NCBI GenBank assembly: GCA_023138735.1 | Contig: JAGLOY010000001.1 | Coordinates: forward strand, 3,626 to 67,625 | Length of the DNA: 64,000 nt | Origin: Candidatus Aegiribacteria sp. | GTDB lineage: Bacteria; Fermentibacterota; Fermentibacteria; Fermentibacterales; JCC-6 | Reading direction: 5' to 3' | Part shown: positions 56,535 through 64,000 of the stretch, one piece after another | Layout of the letters: every line of letters starts with the position of its first letter | Numbering within the stretch: the stretch's first letter is position 1 | Notes under the pieces: generated by a model | What the model was told of the DNA's origin: nothing | Seen by the model: only the letters and a program-made list of their open reading frames with translations | Database searches by the model: none | Made by a program: the position numbers and the translations under genes

Positions 56535-58310
56535 ATGAAAAGCTTACTCATAATGATGATACTTCTTGCTCCAGCTTCTGGAGATGAAACAAGTCAGACG
56601 GACTGGTCTGGCGGAGGTGGCTTTCAGGGACCCGTTTCTATCTGGACGGATCAGTTCTACTTATCTGATTCTGTAACCAGCTCAATTCCTGAGGAAATCC
56701 TGCTTGGAGTCTCTTTGAACCCCCTGCTAGATACTATTCCATTTATACATACCGGATGTAATTCAATACCACCAGTCTGGGGTGACGTGAACGATGACGG
56801 TTTCACTGACTTCATTGGTCTGTCCTCCGGGTTAGACAGCATTTGTTGGAGAGAAAATCCCGGTGTGCCTGGTGCAGAGTGGATACGACATCATGTGTGG
56901 AATTTTGAAGAAGTGAAGGATTTTTGTGGATTGGTATACGAGGATGAATTCACAGGTATCGTCGTTGGTTATACAGATCCGTGGGAAGATGAGATTGTAG
57001 TAGATATTCTCACATATTACTCCCCGGGGAGCTGGCACCTCTACCACATAGGTTTTCTGGGTGATGACAATTATCCTCTCGGTCTGACTACTGGTGATCT
57101 CGATGGTAACGGCCTGGGTGACATTGTGGGCTGGCTGTGGGCAGAAGATGCGATTGTGGTCTGGTGGGACTGTGTACCGGGAGATTATGAGTTTCTGATA
57201 GGACCTCATTGCCCGTCACTCGTAGAACTACATGACTGCGACGGGGATGGAGACTGTGAACTCTTCGTAGAAACTTCCTATTTGCCATCATCCCGGATCT
57301 ACTGGAATACTGGAACATCCTTTACTGTGCAGTACATTGGTGATCTCTACTACACAGGTTCCAAGGCAGTTGCTGATCTTGATGGTGGAGCATACTGGGA
57401 AGTAGCTTTCGTCATGTTCAGTGAACTCTACATTTACAGGTACACTGCTGGCTCTGGATGGGATTATCACTTCATCACCGACTGGGCAGCATCACCACCC
57501 AGATTCACTGATTTGAATGAAGATGGTGAGATGGATCTGATGTCCTATAGAGATAATGAGTTAGCCGTATTATACAACATGGGTCAAGGCCAGACATGGC
57601 TGGAAGCCAGGATGAATACCGGTATTCCCGGAGGTCATCTTGTTTTCACAGATATTAACGGTGATTCAGACACCGATTTCACCTTGCATAATAGCAACTA
57701 TGGTGAAATTGTATGGTTCGACTGGGAGGGATGCCCATTTTATGGTCGGGGTTATCTGGAATCCACCTGGCTTGATCCGGAAATGGATTCTGTATGGGAT
57801 ATAATAAACTTCGGGAGCATTCAACCGGATCAAACAGACATTACTGTGCAGGTCCGCACTGCCGATGATGTATCTGATCCTCCCGGATGGTCACCTGAAC
57901 TTGAGAGCGGAGCTGATATTTCTCCCTACTGCTCTATTGACCAGCCATATTTTCAGTACAGATTGAATCTGTATTCAAATGACCCTGAAGTTACACCTTC
58001 TGTTACAGATGTTTCTCTGCAATGGACAACAAGCCTGGAGGGAAGCAGCATTTCTGTTGGAACTGCTTTCAGACCTGTTCAGAATCCATCCAATCGCGCT
58101 TCTCTTCTGGTGAGCCTCCCAGCAGATGGAGACTGTTTCATAGAAATCTATGATATTGCGGGGAGAAAGATTGTGAATACCGAGTATACATTTACCGGAG
58201 GAGTTGATGAGGTAATACTGCTTCCCGTTCTACCTGCCGGTTTGTATCATTCAAGACTGGTGTCTCCTGACTCTATTCACAGTACAAGATTTGTTATTAC
58301 TGCAGATTAG
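56535..58310 (+). CDS. FG-GAP/VCBS-repeat beta-propeller protein with T9SS-type C-terminal sorting domain
   Basis: Ca-binding-like repeats DVNDDGFTDF, GDLDGNGLGDIV, HDCDGDGDCELF, TDLNEDGEMDL and TDINGDSDTDF. Signal peptide MKSLLIMMILLAPASG. C-terminal tail VQNPSNRASLLVSL..IEIYDIAGRKI..GLYHSRL..RFVITAD. Confidence 0.8.
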   Translation: MKSLLIMMILLAPASGDETSQTDWSGGGGFQGPVSIWTDQFYLSDSVTSSIPEEILLGVSLNPLLDTIPFIHTGCNSIPPVWGDVNDDGFTDFIGLSSGLDSICWRENPGVPGAEWIRHHVWNFEEVKDFCGLVYEDEFTGIVVGYTDPWEDEIVVDILTYYSPGSWHLYHIGFLGDDNYPLGLTTGDLDGNGLGDIVGWLWAEDAIVVWWDCVPGDYEFLIGPHCPSLVELHDCDGDGDCELFVETSYLPSSRIYWNTGTSFTVQYIGDLYYTGSKAVADLDGGAYWEVAFVMFSELYIYRYTAGSGWDYHFITDWAASPPRFTDLNEDGEMDLMSYRDNELAVLYNMGQGQTWLEARMNTGIPGGHLVFTDINGDSDTDFTLHNSNYGEIVWFDWEGCPFYGRGYLESTWLDPEMDSVWDIINFGSIQPDQTDITVQVRTADDVSDPPGWSPELESGADISPYCSIDQPYFQYRLNLYSNDPEVTPSVTDVSLQWTTSLEGSSISVGTAFRPVQNPSNRASLLVSLPADGDCFIEIYDIAGRKIVNTEYTFTGGVDEVILLPVLPAGLYHSRLVSPDSIHSTRFVITAD

Positions 58311-58468
58311 AGGTTACTGTGTTTTCCAGAATTCCATTCTGGTATACTTTCAGCTTGCTCGGTTGCGTCCTCGATCAGAATCAACTTCATATTATTCAGG
58401 CAGTCGCAGAAGATAGATGAGGGCCGGAGTAATGTATGCCCCGGCCCCGTCCTAATCGGGAAAGCAGG

Positions 58469-58613
58469 CTAAGCCTTACCCTCCCCGCATTTGTATTCGT
58501 TTCCTACCATGTGCACCTCCTCTGTTGGGGTTTAGGATATAGAGGGCTGATCTAGGCCAGCACCTCCGTGCGTACGCCCTTCCCTTTCCTCATGTGCACC
58601 TCCTTTCGGTTGG
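58469..58613 (-). other. Two tandem 13-codon mini-ORFs, each preceded by the identical module CCAAC-n(2-4)-AGGAGGTGCAC-ATG
   Basis: ORF-A 58552-58593 (MRKGKGVRTEVLA-TAG) and ORF-B 58469-58510 (MVGNEYKCGEGKA-TAG). The modules lie at plus-strand 58591-58613 and 58508-58528. A GC hairpin at 58421-58447 follows on the minus strand. Confidence 0.4.
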
Positions 58614-58689
58614 AGTTGGTAGACCTAATAGAACAGATAGCATGTTCACTCGTCAAGTAATGCGAAATAACAGAGTCTTCCTCATCTTC

Positions 58690-59793
58690 TCACATTCCAT
58701 CTATCACACCTTCTTCGATCAGTTCCTGAATCATTTCATCCTCATACTCCAGAAATTTCTTCAGAACCATCTCAGTATGCTCCGCATAATGAGGTGGGGG
58801 GAGAATTACTCTATTTTTCGATTCACACTCGGATACGAAAACCGCAGTCCGGAGACCTTTAAGAGAGAAACCCTGTACACTGTTTGCCTCAATCAGAAGT
58901 TCCCGTACTTCAGGCTGCTCGAAAACCTCCTCCATATTACAACACTGCCTGCCGGTATATTCTTCTCATTCAGCTGCTCAAGAAAATCGTCCATGAATAT
59001 CTTTACAATGTATTGCTGCAGAATCTTTTTCAATTCCTCCCGATGCTTAACCCTTTCTGCATTAGAAACAAATTTTTCGTCCGATACAATCTTGGGTATT
59101 CCAAGAAGCCTGCATAAATCAGCGAACTGCTTATCCGTTCCGACAGTAAGAACGATATCCTTGCCGTCCCCGGTCTTAAAAATGGTTCCGTAGGGGACTA
59201 TATTCGGGTGATCAGATCCCATCCTCTGCGGGATTGATTTTCCCACGAGCCAGTTTGAGGTCTGATTTGCCAGGGATGCTGCTCCTGACTGAATGAGCGA
59301 GACCTCTATAAGCTGCCCCTCTCCAGTTCTTTCGCGGTGGAGAAGTGCAAGAAGAATTCCTTCCTTTACCTGATGTGCGGCAAGCACATCCATTAACGCT
59401 ACAGGCATCTTTACCGGTCCGCTGTCAGGTTTACCATACATATATGTGAAACCACTTTCCGCCTGGATGATCGCATCGTAACCCGGTCGATTATTCCGCG
59501 TGCCATATCCGGTGATATGAGCGTAGATCAATCCGGGATTAAGTCTTTAAAGAGTATCATGGTCAACCTTGAGTTTCTCCGCGTCCCCCGGTTTGTAACT
59601 GACGAGAACGATATCACTCTCTGCCGATACGTGGGAAGTTTCCATCTGCGGGTTACATCACCGCCCGTTAAGCGGTTCTCAATTTTATTACCGTGGCACC
59701 CAGCTCTGAAAATAGGGCGCCAGCACTGGGACCGGCAAGGACATTGGCAAGCTCGATAACTTTCAATCCGGAAAAGATGTTATCTAGTGACAT
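58690..59793 (-). pseudogene. CaiB/BaiF-family (class III) CoA-transferase pseudogene
   Basis: Family blocks occur in three frames: MSLDNIFSGLKVIELANVLAGPSAGALFSELGATVIK / ENRLTGGDVTRRW / DIVLVSYKPGDAEKLKVDHDTL-TAA-RLNPGLIYAHITGYG...QRMGSDHPNIVPYG...NIPAGSV / MEEVFEQPEV...PPPHYAEHTEMVL. That implies at least 3 frameshifts, 1 in-frame stop and about 35 codons missing. Confidence 0.8.
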
Positions 59794-61208
59794 TTATTCT
59801 CCCTGAATTTAGTCCATAGATAGCCAATAATTATGAAAAGAACAGCAGACCCGACAGCTCCAAATGTTTTGTCAATACTGAAGAAACCCAGTTTTCCGGC
59901 GATGATGCAGATGAATACGGTGAGAGTACCGCCGATGAAGGCAAGTTTGGCACCCAGTGGTGTTATCCAGCCACGGGCATAAATACCCAGAACAATGACT
60001 ATCGCTCCGATAGCTCTGATGGCGTAAGACACGTAGGCTGCGTCAAGGATTGCTCCTCTGAGATAAACTGCCAGAGGTATGGTGATAAGATTGATAAGAA
60101 GTACCAGTTTACGGGCAGTGACAAGTATTCTTTTGTCATCTGCTGTTTTATTAATAAGTCCGTGATAGATGTCTTTTGTGGCAATTGTTACTACAGCAAA
60201 ATTCACCGGACCGACTGTGGAAAGAATCGCGGCAAGAATACCCGCAAGCGCCAGTCCTCCAAGAATCGGAGAAATAAACACGGATGATGTAAGCAGAGTA
60301 GGTAACGCCATTTTGGGATCGCATGAAGCAGTATCGAAAAAGAGACCTGTTTTTGCGATCAGTCCGAGTATCCCGACCATAATACCAAAAGGAGCAATAA
60401 TAAGGCTGGATGAGATAGCTGCACGTTTGGCTGTAAGCGGATTTCGTGCGGCGAATATCGGCTGTATGCTGGCCTGTCCGGCCATCCCACCCAGTATACC
60501 TCCAAGCAGCAGGCTGAATGCATAACTGATATTTGCGCTGAATGGATTGTAAAGATTGGCGGGAGAACCTGATGCAATCAGATTGCTTTGCAGTGATGCA
60601 AATCCTCCCACCTTCTCAAGCCCGATTATCAATGCAATGCCTATACCTGCGAACATGGTTACAACGTGAATTATGCCGGTCACCGCAAGAGCATGCATAC
60701 CACCTAGATACGTATACAGCGTTATGATAACGGATGAGATAAGTATCGAGGATAGCCAGCTGATGCCGAACAGGGGGGCGATCACACTGGAACAGGTCTG
60801 CAATTGCACATAGGCCAGGGTTATATAGGCTATAAGGAATGAGATGGCGGAGATCGTTCGCACTTTCGGGCCAAAGAGATTTTCAAGCATCTCGCTGACC
60901 GTATGGACGTTTTCCTTTCTATAGCGGGAAGCAACAGTAAAACCGATGATAACCATACCAATCGCTGTCGCAATATTGTATAGAATCGGCTGCAGAGTAC
61001 CTGTGGTAAAAGCTTTTTCACTGACGCCGATTGTGCTCATGCCGCCAAGCCACTCAGCGGCCACGACAACAGCGCACACAACTACCCCAAGATTCCGACC
61101 GGCAATAAGAAAATCAGAAGCGGAGCGACTGGCGTATCGCCTGGTAAACAGGGATACTAAAATGACAAAAGCGAAATACGCGACAATTACAGCGATATGT
61201 GTGCTCAT
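59784..61208 (-). CDS. Sodium:solute symporter family (SSF) transporter
   Basis: 474 aa, about 13 TM. N-terminal ..SASDFLIAGRNLG.. is typical of SSF. Substrate unknown. Confidence 0.8.
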   Translation of the reverse strand: MSTHIAVIVAYFAFVILVSLFTRRYASRSASDFLIAGRNLGVVVCAVVVAAEWLGGMSTIGVSEKAFTTGTLQPILYNIATAIGMVIIGFTVASRYRKENVHTVSEMLENLFGPKVRTISAISFLIAYITLAYVQLQTCSSVIAPLFGISWLSSILISSVIITLYTYLGGMHALAVTGIIHVVTMFAGIGIALIIGLEKVGGFASLQSNLIASGSPANLYNPFSANISYAFSLLLGGILGGMAGQASIQPIFAARNPLTAKRAAISSSLIIAPFGIMVGILGLIAKTGLFFDTASCDPKMALPTLLTSSVFISPILGGLALAGILAAILSTVGPVNFAVVTIATKDIYHGLINKTADDKRILVTARKLVLLINLITIPLAVYLRGAILDAAYVSYAIRAIGAIVIVLGIYARGWITPLGAKLAFIGGTLTVFICIIAGKLGFFSIDKTFGAVGSAVLFIIIGYLWTKFRENKCH

Positions 61209-61247
61209 GTATTTCTTCCTTGCCGTTCTGATTCTCTGTGCAAGGTG

Positions 61248-62285
61248 TTAGGAAGTCTCCCCGTCTAAGTATTCCCTGATCTCTTCAAGTATATCCTTAA
61301 GGGGTGGAATATCATTGAACCACTCATTTTCAGTAATTTCATTTGTACAGGCGCAGTACACTTGTGAGATCAATTCTTTCAGCCTGGAAGGCAGAGGTTC
61401 AGGCTGCAGCCTGCAGATCTTCTTCCAGTTCTGTCTGTCCGCTTTCTTTGCCTCTTCAACAGCCTGATACCATGGAGTGTTTCTGTAATATACGCGTGCA
61501 ATTTCTTTACTTACGGGCATTCCGTTCAGAGTGAATCGGCATTCATCCAGCGTACCTAGAACGTCAACCAGCATCAGGCGCCGTTCGCTGTCAAAGCCGA
61601 CCTCTATTTTCCCATCTTCATTGATGAGTCCGATCTTTGAGTATTCATCTGAAATGAAGTTATTAAGCACCCTCGTAAGATCCTTCAAATCCAATATCTC
61701 CTGATCACTCAAGCCCGAGATTAGTCCCGCTTCCGGCCATGATATGTATCTATCAGTGATTTCAAGCTTTGTGGACACATCTATGATCGGTGGCTCAAGC
61801 TTCTGATTGGGAGTGGGGAAACTATCAAGCCCCAGATCCTGCGGAGTTATCTTACCTTCTTTCAATCGTCTGAACACACTGCTGCCGGGAGGCAGTGTGT
61901 TTCTATAAATTATTTCAAGCGGGATTAAGTGCTGTCCCTTCAAATCGCGATACGCTGAATAGTCGTAAATATCGCCAGTAAGTTCGGGGCGTATTACGGG
62001 AAGTAAATCGATTTCCATAGCATTTGTGACTCTATGAATATCGGACAGCTTCCTGACTTTCCCATCCTCAACAAGCCCGACGTAATGTGTGCAAATGTCC
62101 ATCTTCTCAAGTTTTTCGAAAAAATATGCACCAAGAAGAGTAATGGCTGCACCTTTTTCTGGAATGTTGTCAGGCATTTCACCCCAGTCGAACACGGAAT
62201 ATCGATCTGAATAAATGAAACGGGCTTTCCCCGGTTTCTTTGAATCTGCTGCTTTAAGTACTTCCAGATCCTTTACACTGCCCAT
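61248..62285 (-). CDS. purC: SAICAR synthetase (long form)
   Basis: GSVKDLEVL..ARFIYSDRYSVFDWG.., LIPLEIIYRN, and KIEVGFD..LMLVDVLGTLDECRF. At 345 aa it is longer than the ~240-aa bacterial form. Confidence 0.88.
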   Translation of the reverse strand: MGSVKDLEVLKAADSKKPGKARFIYSDRYSVFDWGEMPDNIPEKGAAITLLGAYFFEKLEKMDICTHYVGLVEDGKVRKLSDIHRVTNAMEIDLLPVIRPELTGDIYDYSAYRDLKGQHLIPLEIIYRNTLPPGSSVFRRLKEGKITPQDLGLDSFPTPNQKLEPPIIDVSTKLEITDRYISWPEAGLISGLSDQEILDLKDLTRVLNNFISDEYSKIGLINEDGKIEVGFDSERRLMLVDVLGTLDECRFTLNGMPVSKEIARVYYRNTPWYQAVEEAKKADRQNWKKICRLQPEPLPSRLKELISQVYCACTNEITENEWFNDIPPLKDILEEIREYLDGETS

Positions 62286-62287
62286 AT

Positions 62288-62752
62288 TTATATCTCCTGA
62301 TCGTCTTTCTCCAGCTTTGTCCTAAATCCTTCCTGATATTTACTGACTTCGTCCCGAACGCTCCGATTACTCAAACCTATGATCTTAGCTGCTGCTAACG
62401 CGGCGTTTTCAGGTTCAAGAACCACAAGAGGAGCTACACCTGACGGCATTCTCAGACTGGAATAGATATCGTTTCCTCCAAATTTATCACTGTAGGGAGG
62501 ACAGGCGATAACAGGGCAGAACGTCTGAGCATCTGTGAAACCGCTCAAAGCATTGCTTCTTCCAGCGACGGTAATAAACACAACTCCATCGCCTTCATAT
62601 TCCTTTATCAGTTCGTAGCATTTCAACGGTACTTTATGTGCGGAGGCAATCCTCATGACATTTGCAATCCCGAGCCTGTCCAGAACATCAGAAATTCTTG
62701 CAGACCATTTCATGTCACTTTTAGAGCCCATGATTATTATTACCATACTCAT
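62288..62752 (-). CDS. purE: PurE, class II-like (AIR carboxylase type)
   Basis: IIMGSKSDM..RIASAHKVP..EYEGDGVVFITVAGRSNALSG..PVIACPP. The SAHK and AGRSN motifs match the class II (animal PAICS / Treponema) pattern rather than class I SAHR / AGGAAHLPG. Confidence 0.85.
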   Translation of the reverse strand: MSMVIIIMGSKSDMKWSARISDVLDRLGIANVMRIASAHKVPLKCYELIKEYEGDGVVFITVAGRSNALSGFTDAQTFCPVIACPPYSDKFGGNDIYSSLRMPSGVAPLVVLEPENAALAAAKIIGLSNRSVRDEVSKYQEGFRTKLEKDDQEI

Positions 62753-62985
62753 ACCTTCCTGCTTCAGAATTAGAGAGTTTCTTCGTATCCCAAACTGATG
62801 CCCAAGTTATAAGCAAAGTAAACTATAACGCAAGTATATGGTTCTGATAAAGCAATTTACGGGATATATCTTGTTGTCTATCATTTCGATATGAAATTGA
62901 ACTATAACAGCAGCAGTGATAGCATGATCTGTAAGCGGACATTGCTCAGTTCGAATACAGTAATTTCAGGATTCGTAGTTCTGGC

Positions 62986-63543
62986 TCATGCCTGTCCGGG
63001 TGATTTCAATCTGAGATATCTGTCCCGTTCACTGAAAACGCAGCCGCAGTAAGGCTGCCTGTACATTCCAGCTTCACGTGATATCCGCATGGATTCTTTG
63101 TAGAATTCCCTGAAGTCTCTGTAAATGAACCGAACGCCGCTTTCAAGGGAAGCAGCGTTCCCGGCTTCCATAATGAATGACTGATTCTGATAGGGGCTGA
63201 CGGAAAGTGTTGTGGAAAAATTCTCAATTCCAAGCTCCCGAGCTTTGTCAGCCGTTGCCGAGAGTCTGTCTTTAAAACAGGCGCAACATCTGTTATCAGT
63301 GTCCATCAGTATCCTGATATTCTCTTCCAGCGGGTATTCATCATCGATCTCAAGAGGGATCCCTTTTGAATAAGCGTACTCGACCAGAGCCTGAAGCCTT
63401 CTCTCCCTCTCCTTCCATGGGTGTATGTTGGGATTGTAGAAGAAAGCGGTGATCTCGAAACCTTCCTTCTGAAGCTGCTCGCAGACAACGGTCATGCAGG
63501 GACCGCAGCATGCGTGTAATAGAAGGGGTTCGGATGTCTTCAC
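62986..63543 (-). CDS. queH: Epoxyqueuosine reductase QueH (DUF208)
   Basis: LLLHACCGPCMT..FFYNPNIHP..CCACF..QPYCGC. GTGA overlap with the ruvB stop. Confidence 0.88.
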   Translation of the reverse strand: MKTSEPLLLHACCGPCMTVVCEQLQKEGFEITAFFYNPNIHPWKERERRLQALVEYAYSKGIPLEIDDEYPLEENIRILMDTDNRCCACFKDRLSATADKARELGIENFSTTLSVSPYQNQSFIMEAGNAASLESGVRFIYRDFREFYKESMRISREAGMYRQPYCGCVFSERDRYLRLKSPGQA

Positions 63544-64000
63544 AGAGGGAGTTCTTCCTGGCTGTTGCGTTTCAACCCCAGATGACGGTACGCCTTCAGC
63601 GTTGTCATTCTGCCCCTGCTTGTCCGGTTGAGAAAACCTGATATCAGCAAGTACGGCTCCACAACATCTATAAGCGTATCTTTCTCTTCGTTAAGGGTCG
63701 CGGCAAGAGCTGCCACTCCTACGGGACCGCCTGCATACTGCTTGATTATGATGCTGAGGTATTTGATGTCCAGACTGTCCAGCCCCGATTCATCTACACC
63801 ATGAATATCCATGGCCTCGACGGCAACATCCTCGGTGATCGCACCCTTACTTTCAACCTGGGCAAAATCCCTTGCCCTCTTAAGAAGCCTGTTGCAGATC
63901 CTGGGTGTCCCCCGCGATCTCAAAGCTATCGTTTCTGCTCCGCTGTCAGTTATTTCAAGTTTCAGGATAATGGAAGATCTTCTTATTATCACTGCCAGTT
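63540..64000 (-). CDS. ruvB: Holliday junction branch-migration helicase RuvB, C-terminal part (partial; N-terminus beyond window end)
   Basis: IALRSRGTPRICNRLLKRARDFAQV.., GLDSLDIKYLSIII..YAGGPVGV..LAATL.E..DTL.DV.EPYLL..GFL.RT.RGR. Confidence 0.92.
   Translation of the reverse strand, partial: LAVIIRRSSIILKLEITDSGAETIALRSRGTPRICNRLLKRARDFAQVESKGAITEDVAVEAMDIHGVDESGLDSLDIKYLSIIIKQYAGGPVGVAALAATLNEEKDTLIDVVEPYLLISGFLNRTSRGRMTTLKAYRHLGLKRNSQEELPL

Noticed and set aside
58307-58390. 27-codon minus-strand ORF MKLILIEDATEQAESIPEWNSGKHSNL that resembles the start of a response-regulator receiver domain.
   Set aside because: It is too short to assign and it overlaps the stop of the convergent FG-GAP gene. 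At most it is another gene relic. I mention it only as context for the decay zone.
58469-58593. Read-through of the two TAG codons to make one ~66-aa ORF, as with pyrrolysine or stop-codon recoding.
   Set aside because: The read-through product has no recognisable features. TAG also terminates well-conserved genes in this window at the expected positions, for example the SSF transporter and the yihY-like gene.
58591-58613. CACCTCCTTTC on the plus strand is identical to the 3' tail of many 16S rRNAs, which raised the possibility of an rRNA fragment.
   Set aside because: The upstream sequence (..CCTCATGTG) does not continue the 16S helix-45 sequence (..GGCTGGAT). The match is the complement of a strong SD and therefore expected.
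62753-62985. Possible purine or ZTP riboswitch in the 233-nt leader upstream of purE, plus a 9-nt direct repeat AACTATAAC at 62821 and 62900.
   Set aside because: On the minus strand I could not find the purine-riboswitch core (UAUA...GUUUCUACC...CCGUAAAU...GACUAU). I also could not find the ZTP motif (GGGUCGUGACUGGCG ... CCGCCUGGGCA). A 9-mer repeated once is within chance expectation.

Overview
64-kb chromosomal window from a bacterium that looks like an uncultured FCB-superphylum-type lineage. That placement is my inference: three secreted enzymes end in T9SS-type C-terminal sorting domains. I can support about 60 protein genes, 3 tRNAs (Pro-CGG, Pro-GGG, Thr-CGU), no rRNA and no CRISPR array. 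Positions 1-26093 are one long minus-strand run with many 4-8 nt gene overlaps. Most content is housekeeping: purH, nadE, rnr, pcm, rarA, apt, rpsT, feoAB with a DtxR-type regulator, glgC, glmS/glmM, leuCD, pepD, pepT, pyrBI, purEC, queH and ruvB. The accessory or unusual content is as follows. (1) An AbiEi/AbiEii toxin-antitoxin pair sits at the left edge. (2) A ~3.1-kb insertion is bracketed by two 120-nt copies (93% identical, mostly synonymous differences) of the 3' end of a YchF-like gene; it carries an OMP gene, an IS91-family transposase relic and a membrane-fused spermidine-synthase-like gene. (3) A decaying region at 58.3-59.8 kb holds a multiply disrupted CoA-transferase pseudogene followed by two tandem 13-codon mini-ORFs that share an identical SD-ATG module. 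(4) A tandem FeoA-FeoA protein has a CX3CX2C...C linker. (5) A pseudo-receiver/GGDDF/HEAT signalling protein lies next to two DUF21/CNNM genes. (6) Two genes have conserved N-termini lying upstream of any ATG/GTG/TTG codon. (7) A 17-bp perfect inverted repeat includes both stop codons of a convergent gene pair. I did not recognise a complete, clearly novel multi-gene system. The repeat-bracketed insertion and the twin mini-ORF locus are the best candidates for follow-up.
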